A program made the position numbers and the translations under genes. Positions 9,386 to 17,830 of a DNA stretch of 64,000 bases are shown here, piece after piece (within the stretch, counting starts at the first letter, position 1; each line of letters begins with the position of its first letter). Under the pieces are notes generated by a model that searched no databases, was not told the origin of the DNA, and saw only the letters and a list, made by a program, of their open reading frames with translations. The DNA is from Bacteroidales bacterium (GTDB lineage Bacteria > Bacteroidota > Bacteroidia > Bacteroidales > UBA3663), in contig JAZQQU010000016.1 in assembly GCA_045629225.1 (NCBI GenBank), positions 1,447-65,446 of the forward strand, in the 5' to 3' direction.

Positions 9386-10852
9386 ATGAAAAAGATATTA
9401 TTCATGCTGACAACGCTCTTGCTGATGGCTAGTTTTTCGGCCATAGCACAAGAGAGGTCAGGCTACACTGCCGAGGAAAAGAACAGAATGATTGCGGCCT
9501 GGCAAAAGAAGCTCGATGAGGACGGAAACCCTTTGCGTGTCAGAATTGAAGGCTACGAAGAGTTGTATTTCGAACCTATGGGCATAGATACCGTGATGAT
9601 TGACGGCAGTAATTCCTCTGGTCCGAACCGGTCTTCTGCTTTGTTGTGGCCCGGTGCAGACAGACACTTCTATTCATACATGAGCGTGGACGGAAAGAAT
9701 GACTCTATCCGTCTTTCAGCGGTATTATATACTCAGTCGCATACGTTTCACCACAGCTATTTCAACAAGCTTCTGATCAACTGTCATCCTACCGTCACCT
9801 CCCTCTACGAGGCTCCCTCGGGCGGCAAGCCTGTTGACGGAGATATTAAGCGTATCGTCGATGACGAGTATATGGTGGTGTGCCCCGACTATTGTGGCTA
9901 TGGCGTAAGCGCCTATAAGCAGCACCCGTACCTCGTGCACGACATTACGGCACGCAACTGTGTGGATGCAGCCATGGCAGCCAAGGCGTTGGGAAAGTTA
10001 CTGGCCGGTTCGATACCAGATGGCTTTAATACGTCTATTGTGGGTTATTCGCAGGGTGGCGCCACTGCTTTGGCTTGTGCAAAATACCTTGAGAGTGATG
10101 CCTGCCCCGAAAACTATAAGAAAGAGCTTAACCTTAAGGAGACTGCATGCGGTGATGGTCCATACTCTACGCGGGCTACTGTCAATAGGTATCTCGAATG
10201 GGGCAAACAGGGCAAGAACCTTGAGTACCCATGTGTATTGCCCCTCATCATAATGGCTGCCAAAGAGGCATACGGCAACGGCTGTATGCGCACCGTTGAC
10301 GTGAAGAGCTATTTCTCCGAAAAGTTCCTGAATACTGACGTATTTGAATTGCTCCAGAATAAGTCTCTGACAACCGTTGACCTGAATGAGATAATCATGG
10401 AACAGATGGAAAATCATCTGCTGCCTATTGACATCTTCTCTGATAAGCTCATCGACACGGATACAGGCGACTTCATTACCACCTCGAACGAATACAAGTG
10501 TCTGATGCGTGCCATGGAAATCAACGACCTGACCAAAGGTTGGGAGCCACAGCACCCTATCACCTTCTTCCATCTCAAAAATGATGGCGTTGTGCCATAC
10601 GACAACTACGAGGAAGTGATAAAGGAGGATGGCATCCAGTACAAGAAGGATGGATCCCCGAATAACAATGTTCGAAGCGTTGACCCTGGTATCATCATGT
10701 TGAATGTGCCAAGAGTGGCTCTGTGGAAAGCTTCACTTCCTTGGATTAATTTGGTTGGTTCGGCAAGAATGGATCTGGATAAGCTTAACCATGCATCTGG
10801 TGGTACATACTTTTACATACTATATCTTTTCGAGAATAATTACTTGCGCTAA
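9386..10852 (+). CDS. Secreted alpha/beta hydrolase (lipase-like)
   Basis: Signal peptide MKKILFMLTTLLLMASFSAIAQ and a nucleophile elbow VGYSQGG. Confidence 0.65.
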   Translation: MKKILFMLTTLLLMASFSAIAQERSGYTAEEKNRMIAAWQKKLDEDGNPLRVRIEGYEELYFEPMGIDTVMIDGSNSSGPNRSSALLWPGADRHFYSYMSVDGKNDSIRLSAVLYTQSHTFHHSYFNKLLINCHPTVTSLYEAPSGGKPVDGDIKRIVDDEYMVVCPDYCGYGVSAYKQHPYLVHDITARNCVDAAMAAKALGKLLAGSIPDGFNTSIVGYSQGGATALACAKYLESDACPENYKKELNLKETACGDGPYSTRATVNRYLEWGKQGKNLEYPCVLPLIIMAAKEAYGNGCMRTVDVKSYFSEKFLNTDVFELLQNKSLTTVDLNEIIMEQMENHLLPIDIFSDKLIDTDTGDFITTSNEYKCLMRAMEINDLTKGWEPQHPITFFHLKNDGVVPYDNYEEVIKEDGIQYKKDGSPNNNVRSVDPGIIMLNVPRVALWKASLPWINLVGSARMDLDKLNHASGGTYFYILYLFENNYLR

Positions 10853-10890
10853 TCCCAGTATTCCAATTGTCTAATTTCAATCGAAATAAT

Positions 10891-11040
10891 ATGAATCACA
10901 AGAAACAATTCACCATACCACAGATCGAGGTGGAAGAGATTAGTGGAGCAGACCTGATATGCACAAGCCTGAGACGCTATGATGATGAAGCGGATTTCGC
11001 CGGAGCCAGAGGTAGTGTTTTTGACGACTTTGATGAATAA
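10891..11040 (+). CDS. Micro-ORF B, 49 aa, acidic tail (MNHKKQFTIPQIEVEEISGADLICTSLRRYDDEADFAGARGSVFDDFDE)
   Basis: An ATG...TAA ORF below the track cutoff, positioned as the last cistron before the terminator. It shares M..KK.[YF]..P.[LI]EVE.....DLI.TS with micro-ORF A. Confidence 0.45.
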   Translation: MNHKKQFTIPQIEVEEISGADLICTSLRRYDDEADFAGARGSVFDDFDE

Positions 11041-11110
11041 TACGATTTAAGTTTCGCAAGTCCTTAACTTGCGAGAAACTTGAGTAATACTATACTTATA
11101 GCTGAGGGAA

Positions 11111-11150
11111 AAAAAGAGAGGATGCGCCGGACTGCGTATCCTCTCTTTTT
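11111..11150. terminator. Bidirectional rho-independent terminator
   Basis: AGAGAGGATGCG (11115-11126) pairs with CGTATCCTCTCT (11135-11146), including one G.U pair, around the 8-nt loop ccggactg (11127-11134). An A-run precedes it and a T-run follows, and it lies between convergent genes. Confidence 0.8.
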
Positions 11151-11156
11151 ATTGAG

Positions 11157-11192
11157 TGTCGTCGTTGTTGTGTCGTCGTTGTTGTGTCGTCG
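11157..11192. repeat. 14-bp tandem repeat x2.6 (TGTCGTCGTTGTTG)
   Basis: Direct reading of the sequence. It sits between the terminator and the GH31 stop codon. Confidence 0.8.
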
Positions 11193-11200
11193 CTGATAGG

Positions 11201-13666
11201 TCAAAGCTTCACTACAGTCTTGCGCCCATGGTAATCAACTGTTTTCGAACCCTGCGGCGTCCACACTTCGAACACGCGGTCGGCCATCATGCCGGGGAAG
11301 GAGCCCTGGCGAGGGTGAATGGTGAGGGTGCGCTTGCGGTCGTTCCAGGTGAAGCGGATGGTGCTACAGATGCCCTGCTCATAGTTGAGGTTGTCGCCCT
11401 CGTCCTCATAAAGGGTGAAGGAGGCATCTGCACCAGGATAGATTCGCACCTGGAGCTGCTGCCAGTCGGCAATGTCGGCGTGCATCACCTGCTGGGTGCA
11501 GAGTGGCACGATGCTGCCAGCACGGACATAGAGGGGACAGTGCTGCAGCGTGCCGTCGGCCTGGATGGTCTGGCCACCAGTTAAAGGCTCGTTGGTCCAG
11601 AAGTCGTACCATGTGCAGAGGGAGTCGGGCAGATAGACGTCGTAGGTCTTCGGAGCAGACCAGTCGGCATGGAAGTCCGCGTTGAAGAGGGACTTGCGGC
11701 CATCGACGTTCCAGCCCGACATCTCGTCGGTGTCGTTCACAGTCTCGGGTGTGAAGAGGGCATTGACCACAGGGGCCACGAGCAGTGAGTGTCCGAACAG
11801 GAACTCTCGGCCCACATCCCATGTGCGGCGGTCGTGTCTGAAGTCCATCATCAGGGCGCGCATGAAGGAGTCGTCGTTCTGGCTCACCTGCCAGCTGGTA
11901 CTATATATATAAGGTAAGAGCTGGTAGCGCAGGCGGACTGCTGCGAGCAGGGCGTCATAGACGGGTTCGCCAGGCTTGCCGTAGTGGTAGAGCTCGCGAT
12001 AGACCTCAGTGCCATGGCTGCGCATCATGGTCGAGAAGGTGCCGAACTGCATCCAGCGCACATAGAGTTCCTGATAGAGCGGATTGCGGGTGGCAGAGTT
12101 GTCCTGCGAGTGTTGGTTGTAGGCATTGGCAAAGAAGCCGCCCAGGTCGGTATTGACCATGGGGTTGGCAGTGAGTGTGTAGTTCAGGCAGAGGGGGACC
12201 TGCTTGCGGAAGGAGTCCCAGCTTGACGACACGTCGCCGCTCCACGTCTGCGCACCCGTGCGCTGCTGGCCTGCAAAGTAGCTGCGGGTCAGGATGAAGG
12301 GGCGTCGGGTGCTGTCGGCAGCACGCTGTGCATCGTAAACGCCCTCGACGGTGCAGAGGGGGAAGGCATTGCGCACTGAACGCCATGAGGCCATGAAGTC
12401 CTGGCCTGTGGCGGGGTCGGTCACCGGCTTCACCTCGTCGAGGTCGGAGTCTGGCCAATAGAGGTGGTCGGGGTCGGTGGAATCCATCCACCAGGCATCA
12501 ATGCCAGCTTGGTGCAGGCGCGAGAGGTTCGCCCAGTAGATGTCGCGTGCCGTCTGGCTATAGGGATCGTAGCAACGCACTCCACTGGGGTAATCCATGT
12601 TGGGCGGCCATGCGCTCAGTCCGCTCATGGGCCAGGTCTGGAAACTGTAGAGCAGGCCTTGCTCGTCGAGCTGACGGTAAGCCTTGGTCTTAGGACCGAA
12701 GCTGGCCCAGATGCTGATGGTGATGTGTTTGCCGAGTGAATGCACGTGGTCAATCATGTGGCGATAGTCGCTGAAGTCCTCGTTGAGGAACTCCATGGCG
12801 TTCCAGAGGTAGTTGTTGCCCCAATACTGCCAGTCCTGGATGATGCCGTCGAGGGGTACACCCGTCTGCTGGTAGGTTTCGACCACGTCGAGCAGCTCGC
12901 GGCTTGTCTTGTAGCGTTCGCGGCTCTGGTGGAAGCCGTAGGTCCATAGGGGCAGCATGGGCACATGGCCTGACAGGTCGCGCATCTCATGGATCACGCC
13001 ATCGGCATCGCCTCCGTAGATAAAGTAGTAGTCCACCTTGGTGCCCACCTGTGACTCGAGGGTCAGCTCACCCGTTGGCTGGGTGTCGTTGTTATGGACA
13101 TAAGTGGTGTCGGTAATCTGTGTGGGCGAATAGTTATCCCAATAGATGCCATAGCCTTTGATGCTCTGGAAGAAGTTGGCGTAATCCTCCAGGTTGGTCT
13201 GAATCATCAGTCGGTTCTCACCGCGCTGGTTCATCTTCGCGTTCTGCAACATACCGAGGCCATAGATGGGTTCATCGGCATCGAGTTGCCACGCCTGGCT
13301 CACCTTGTAGCGCCCTTTGTCCGGACCGGATGCAATGGGGGTGAAGCCGAAGCCGCTGGCCTCCTCGCGGAGCAGGACGCGGCCAGAGCGGTCGGCGAAG
13401 GTAACCTGACCGTTCTGCTCATTGACGATGACTTGGATTTTTGACGAGGTATAGATGCGCTTGTTGCCCTGCTGCTCGACTTTGGCCACATTGGGCTGTG
13501 GCTGGGCGGTCACCACGAGCGACAGGTTGTCGCCAGGCATGGGCTTATGATCAGGTGCCTCCTTGAGGATGCGCACTGTGCCAGGCGAATAGAACTCGAC
13601 CGTCTGCGCTTTTGCCATTGTGGCAAGAAGGGCGAGTGTTAGGGTTGTGAGGGGGCGAGTGTTCAT
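11201..13666 (-). CDS. Glycoside hydrolase family 31 (alpha-glucosidase/alpha-xylosidase)
   Basis: GH31-like motifs KGYGIYWDNYS, GIIQDWQYWG and DAWWMDSTDPD. I place the start at MNTRPLTTLTLALLATMAKAQ (ATG at 13666), which gives a signal peptide. The longer track ORF reads through a CA-rich leader. Confidence 0.85.
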   Translation of the reverse strand: MNTRPLTTLTLALLATMAKAQTVEFYSPGTVRILKEAPDHKPMPGDNLSLVVTAQPQPNVAKVEQQGNKRIYTSSKIQVIVNEQNGQVTFADRSGRVLLREEASGFGFTPIASGPDKGRYKVSQAWQLDADEPIYGLGMLQNAKMNQRGENRLMIQTNLEDYANFFQSIKGYGIYWDNYSPTQITDTTYVHNNDTQPTGELTLESQVGTKVDYYFIYGGDADGVIHEMRDLSGHVPMLPLWTYGFHQSRERYKTSRELLDVVETYQQTGVPLDGIIQDWQYWGNNYLWNAMEFLNEDFSDYRHMIDHVHSLGKHITISIWASFGPKTKAYRQLDEQGLLYSFQTWPMSGLSAWPPNMDYPSGVRCYDPYSQTARDIYWANLSRLHQAGIDAWWMDSTDPDHLYWPDSDLDEVKPVTDPATGQDFMASWRSVRNAFPLCTVEGVYDAQRAADSTRRPFILTRSYFAGQQRTGAQTWSGDVSSSWDSFRKQVPLCLNYTLTANPMVNTDLGGFFANAYNQHSQDNSATRNPLYQELYVRWMQFGTFSTMMRSHGTEVYRELYHYGKPGEPVYDALLAAVRLRYQLLPYIYSTSWQVSQNDDSFMRALMMDFRHDRRTWDVGREFLFGHSLLVAPVVNALFTPETVNDTDEMSGWNVDGRKSLFNADFHADWSAPKTYDVYLPDSLCTWYDFWTNEPLTGGQTIQADGTLQHCPLYVRAGSIVPLCTQQVMHADIADWQQLQVRIYPGADASFTLYEDEGDNLNYEQGICSTIRFTWNDRKRTLTIHPRQGSFPGMMADRVFEVWTPQGSKTVDYHGRKTVVKL

Positions 13667-13746
13667 GGGGTGATGAGTTTGTTTCGTTGTTTTCGGTGAT
13701 TTGTTGTTTGGTTGTTGTGTTGTTTTGTTGTTTTGTTCTTTTGTTG

Positions 13747-15102
13747 TTATTGGAACTGCCAATAGTCGAAGTCGAACATCTCTTCGTTTTGGTCACGGAA
13801 GATGACGTACAGGTCGTGCTTGCCCTTAGTCTCGCCTTTCACCTCCACGGTGATGGGCTGTGAGGCATTGTTGGCGTTGACCTCGAAGCGGGCGATGGGG
13901 CGGCCCTCGCGTCGGTCAAGGTAGAATTCTACGATGCCTGCGTTCTTGAAGTTGCGCACGCCGATGGTGCAGCGGGTGGCGCCTTCGCCAAAGTCCACCT
14001 CACGCACACGGATCCAGTCGCCATTGTGCACCGAGGTCACCCAGTGCTCGCGCCCATCCAGATGATCCAGACTCACGCCCCAGCTCTGCGACATAGTCTC
14101 ACCCTCCACACGACGGTAAGGATTGATGGTGCCCACGGGCTTCACGCCTTCGCGGGTAAAGGGGATGAAGGGAATCGAGCCGTCGGCATTGAACCAGAAC
14201 TCCTCGATCGATGTGGAGCGACGGAAGCCGCCACCATTGGGCAGAAGTCCGTCGTGGTAGAACATGTAGTCGTTGCCCTTGTAGTGCACGTTGCCGCCAT
14301 GGATGGTGAACGAGTTCGGAGCTTCGTCCATGATGCGGCCGTGGAAGGTCCAAGGACCGTCGATGGTGGGAGCGGTGGAATAGGCCATGTATTCGGGTAC
14401 ACCACCAGCAGGATAGACGGCGTAATAGAGGTCGCCGCGACGGGTCACCCAGGGTCCCTCTTCATACTGTGTCATCAGGCGTTCCTTGCCGATGCTCCAA
14501 TCCATCTTCGACTGCAGCGGACCGAAGCTCTCAGGGTCGGTGTAGCCTGGTACCTGCTTATAGCCGTCGGCAAACGAGATCATGTCATCGTTGAGCTTGC
14601 CATACCAGAAGCCTTTGTTGCCCCAGAACAGGTAGGGTGTGCTGTCGTTGTCGATGAAGACTGTGGGGTCGATGAAGCCGAAGCCTGTGGCAAGAGGCGC
14701 ACCGATGGCGTCGCTGTAGGGGCCTTGGGGATTGTCGGCCACAGCTACTGCCAGGGCATCTTTGCCGTCAGCGGTGTTGCAGCACACATACCAGTACCAC
14801 TTGCCTTTGTGTTCCACGGCTTGAGCGGCCCACGCACGGTCGCCCTGTGCTGCCCATTTGAAGGTGGCGGTGGTGACAGGTGTGCCAAGGTAGGTCCAGT
14901 TGACCATGTCTTCGGTCTCGAACAGGATCCAGTCTTTCATCTTGAAGTAGAGGGCATCGTCCTCGTCATGATCCACAAAGAGGTAGAGCTTGTCGCCGTG
15001 CACGTAGGGCGCAGGATCGGGTGTGTACATGGCGCTGATGGCGGGGTTCTGGGCCATGGCCAGGGTGGGCCAGGCTAGGAGGGTAAGTAATGGTGTTTTC
15101 AT
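13747..15102 (-). CDS. Glycoside hydrolase family 43 with C-terminal CBM6-like domain
   Basis: MYTPDPAPYVHGDKLYLF, IDPTVFIDNDSTPYLFWGN and YEEGPWVTRRGDLYY. The C-terminus has GDWIRVREVDFGEG...DFDYWQF. I place the start at MKTPLLTLLAWPTLAMAQ (ATG at 15102). Confidence 0.85.
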   Translation of the reverse strand: MKTPLLTLLAWPTLAMAQNPAISAMYTPDPAPYVHGDKLYLFVDHDEDDALYFKMKDWILFETEDMVNWTYLGTPVTTATFKWAAQGDRAWAAQAVEHKGKWYWYVCCNTADGKDALAVAVADNPQGPYSDAIGAPLATGFGFIDPTVFIDNDSTPYLFWGNKGFWYGKLNDDMISFADGYKQVPGYTDPESFGPLQSKMDWSIGKERLMTQYEEGPWVTRRGDLYYAVYPAGGVPEYMAYSTAPTIDGPWTFHGRIMDEAPNSFTIHGGNVHYKGNDYMFYHDGLLPNGGGFRRSTSIEEFWFNADGSIPFIPFTREGVKPVGTINPYRRVEGETMSQSWGVSLDHLDGREHWVTSVHNGDWIRVREVDFGEGATRCTIGVRNFKNAGIVEFYLDRREGRPIARFEVNANNASQPITVEVKGETKGKHDLYVIFRDQNEEMFDFDYWQFQ

Positions 15103-15109
15103 ATTTTGG

Positions 15110-15173
15110 GTTGTTTTGTTGATTTGTTGTTGTGTTCTTTTGTTGTTTTGTTGTTTTGTTGGTTGGTTATATC
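15110..15173. repeat. Octamer array GTTGTTTT x8 (AAAACAAC on the coding strand), forming the 5' leader of the GH43 gene
   Basis: Eight consecutive 8-bp units each begin with GTT. Similar arrays lie at 13667-13745, 17739-17820 and 29362-29421. Confidence 0.85.
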
Positions 15174-15209
15174 TTCTTTGCTGCATGGAGAATATGGAAG
15201 GATGCATCA

Positions 15210-15249
15210 GTATCGAAAGACTGGACAAAGTATCGAAAGACTGGACAAA
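15210..15249. repeat. Perfect 20-bp tandem duplication GTATCGAAAGACTGGACAAA x2
   Basis: Direct reading of the sequence, upstream of the GH43/GH31 pair. It overlaps a TAAGTTTG box on the minus strand (15246-15253). Confidence 0.85.
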
Positions 15250-15288
15250 CTTAAGTTGTTCACAATAAAAGAACTCAACTATACTCGT

Positions 15289-16422
15289 TTAGATGGTAGA
15301 GTCTGTCCGCTGCATGTTGCGGGCGAAACCCTGAGGAGTGTAGTAGATGAGCACCACGTGGTAGCTCTTGTCAAGGGGAGAGTAGGTGATGGCTACCTTG
15401 AATGCATGGTTGTCATAACGGTTAAGCAAGAGCGTCTGGAGGTTGAAGTTGCCGCTGCGTATGGCCTGCAGGGCCTGTTGGTCGTCCACTGCCTCCAACT
15501 GTTCGCTGACACCTGCCACCTCGTCTGTGTTGACGTAGATAGAACCATATTTATTGACCAGAGCCAGGCGGACATCGGTGTAGAGCTGGTAGAGTTTGCT
15601 CCAGCTGGTGACTGCGGGGAAGCGGACGTTGACCACATCCACACGGCTTCGGCCTGAAAGAGTGAACTCGCAGTTGTGATGACCGAAATAGTCACCACGG
15701 AGTTTCGTTACATCGCTCTGCTGCTGCAGGTAGCGTTCGATGAACGAAGTGGCCTCTGTGAGACCCAGATTCTTCAGGTCGGCCACAACCTCGGTCATGG
15801 GCCGATCGATGTCAACGCCCAACAGACGGGTAGGCTCGATGGCCTGGTTCTCCTCGATGGTGATGCCCTCGAGAGGGGTGGTTTCAGGCAAGGTGTGGTC
15901 GCTGAACACCACGAAGACACCCAGACCTGTGACAGGATGCGTGTCGATCGAGACGCTGATCAGACCCTGTGGCGTCTGGAATGCAGTGTAGAGCGACGCC
16001 ATGCCATAGCGGGTGGCTTCGATGCGATCCTCGATGGGCGAGAAGTCGTTCATCTGGTCATCGTCATAGTAGTTCTGCTCCTTGCCATAGATGCCGTATT
16101 TCTCGGTCACGGTGGCCCTCACTTTGTTGTAGGTGGCAAAGAGCTTCTGTGGCGTGCCCGGGTCAGGCACGATCATCATGACCGAATAGCAGGAGTCGCC
16201 AGTGCGCAAAGGGACGGCAGCCGTAGGTTTGTAGCCCCAGAATTTGCCTAAGAGCAAGGTGGCATCCTGCACGTCGCTCTTGCGCACGTAGCCCTGTTTC
16301 TGGAAGTCGGCCACCACCTGTTCGAACGGACGAGCCAGTCCGATGCCCTCCACCTGAAGATGGGTCTCGGCTTGTGCAGACAGCACGCTGAGCAGGGTCA
16401 GAATCAGCAGAAAGGTTCTCAT
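15289..16422 (-). CDS. Secreted hypothetical protein with an internal two-domain duplication
   Basis: Signal peptide MRTFLLILTLLSVLSAQA. The two halves align: GIGLARPFEQVVADFQKQGY with GVDIDRPMTEVVADLKNLGL, and LFATYNKVRATVTEKYG with LYQLYTDVRLALVNKYG. Confidence 0.6.
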   Translation of the reverse strand: MRTFLLILTLLSVLSAQAETHLQVEGIGLARPFEQVVADFQKQGYVRKSDVQDATLLLGKFWGYKPTAAVPLRTGDSCYSVMMIVPDPGTPQKLFATYNKVRATVTEKYGIYGKEQNYYDDDQMNDFSPIEDRIEATRYGMASLYTAFQTPQGLISVSIDTHPVTGLGVFVVFSDHTLPETTPLEGITIEENQAIEPTRLLGVDIDRPMTEVVADLKNLGLTEATSFIERYLQQQSDVTKLRGDYFGHHNCEFTLSGRSRVDVVNVRFPAVTSWSKLYQLYTDVRLALVNKYGSIYVNTDEVAGVSEQLEAVDDQQALQAIRSGNFNLQTLLLNRYDNHAFKVAITYSPLDKSYHVVLIYYTPQGFARNMQRTDSTI

Positions 16423-17738
16423 AAGCTAGCTTGTCTGTGAGAGTTGTGGAACCATGCGATGCGCTCTTCGAACAAAGGCTCCAGCTCCGGTTGGAAGAAC
16501 GAGGTGCAGATGCGCACTCCCTGTTCCAGACTGCCCATGGTGTCGAGCGGATAGACAGCAATACCATAATACATGAGTGCGCGTGTGAGTTCGAGGTCGG
16601 TCATGCCGGGGTACTGCACCGTGAAGTAGAAACCATCGGCTAAAGGAGCACCCTGATCGTTGTCATAGACGAGGTAGAAACCATTGGCGAGAAGCACACG
16701 CTTGAGGAAGGCGGCACGTCGGCCGTACTCTCGCACCTCCGAAACGAAGTCGAAGCGACCGTCGCACGCTGCCTCCATCATGGCAGCCATGGCATGCTGC
16801 ACGCTGTGGCAACAACCACTGGAAAGGGTATAGATGATGCGGGCATCGATGAAGCGGCCGAATTCGCCCACACCGAACTTCTGCTCGAGGGCAGGATAGG
16901 TGCGGTGGTACAACTGGTTGCTGATGCAGCACACACCAATGCGCTGGCCGGCATAGGAGAAGGCCTTCGAGCCGGAGATGGTCATGACGTAGTTGTCGGT
17001 GTAGTTGGCCACCGATGCCTGATAGGGAGGCTCGAACGGACGCGACAGGTCGTGACGGAAGTCCATGGCAAAGTAGGCGAGGTCCTCGAGGATGATCACG
17101 TCGTGACGCGTGGCTAATTCGCCAATGCCACGTAGCTCCTCGTCGGTAAAACATACCCACGAAGGGTTGTTCGGATTGGAATAGACAATGCTGCAGATAT
17201 GGCCCTCGCAGAGTATCTCATCGAGCTTGGCGATGAGCTGAGGTCCGCGATAGTCGTGTATGTCAAGACCTTGGTGACGGAGACCGATGACGTCGCACTG
17301 AGTGGTCTGCACAGGGAAACCAGGATGGATGAAGAGTACGGTGTCACGCTCCGGGTCGGCCAGCTTTAGCGCAGTGAAGACTGCAAAGGTGCCTTGCATA
17401 GAGCCTACAGTGGCAATGCAGCCCTGTGGAGCCACATCTACGCCAATGAAGGCTTTGATGAAACGCGAGGCAGCCTGCTTCAGCCGGTCAATGCCTGCGT
17501 TGGGCGGATAGATGGCAGCGCAGCCTTCGTCCAAAGCTTGCTTCTCGGCCTCAATGCCTATGTGCGATGGCTTCAGGCCTGGCACGCCCATCTCCAGATG
17601 GATGAAGGGTTGACCTGTGCGTTGCTCGATGTGCTTGCTCAGTGTGGCGATGTCACGGATGGTGGCTCCGCTGAAGTCGCCCAATTGCATCTGCTCAATT
17701 TCCTGCGTTACGATTTGGTGGTCAAGGGGAGTGTTCAT
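16419..17738 (-). CDS. Class I/II PLP-dependent aminotransferase
   Basis: The SGSKAFSYAGQRIG motif contains the PLP lysine. I place the start at MNTPLDHQ (ATG at 17738). The gene overlaps the downstream gene by 4 bp. Confidence 0.8.
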   Translation of the reverse strand: MNTPLDHQIVTQEIEQMQLGDFSGATIRDIATLSKHIEQRTGQPFIHLEMGVPGLKPSHIGIEAEKQALDEGCAAIYPPNAGIDRLKQAASRFIKAFIGVDVAPQGCIATVGSMQGTFAVFTALKLADPERDTVLFIHPGFPVQTTQCDVIGLRHQGLDIHDYRGPQLIAKLDEILCEGHICSIVYSNPNNPSWVCFTDEELRGIGELATRHDVIILEDLAYFAMDFRHDLSRPFEPPYQASVANYTDNYVMTISGSKAFSYAGQRIGVCCISNQLYHRTYPALEQKFGVGEFGRFIDARIIYTLSSGCCHSVQHAMAAMMEAACDGRFDFVSEVREYGRRAAFLKRVLLANGFYLVYDNDQGAPLADGFYFTVQYPGMTDLELTRALMYYGIAVYPLDTMGSLEQGVRICTSFFQPELEPLFEERIAWFHNSHRQASL

Positions 17739-17830
17739 GGTGAGGGAGGGATTGGTTGATTTATTGATTTGTTCTTTTGTTAATTTGTTGTTTTGTTGAT
17801 TTGTTGTTTTGCTGTATTTTAGACTATAGG

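Noticed and set aside
461-11200. Integrative element with att sites at tRNA-Gln.
   Set aside because: I found no integrase or recombinase gene and no repeat of the tRNA 3' end at the distal border. Only composition and position suggest acquisition, so it is reported as a finding and not as a mobile-element feature.
13667-13762. Long N-terminal extensions in the ORF track (..NNKTTQQPNNKSPKTTKQ..), also at 15103-15228, 17739-17837 and 32469-32501.
   Set aside because: They are translations of the CA-rich octamer leaders. In each case an internal Met gives a normal signal peptide or a conserved N-terminus.
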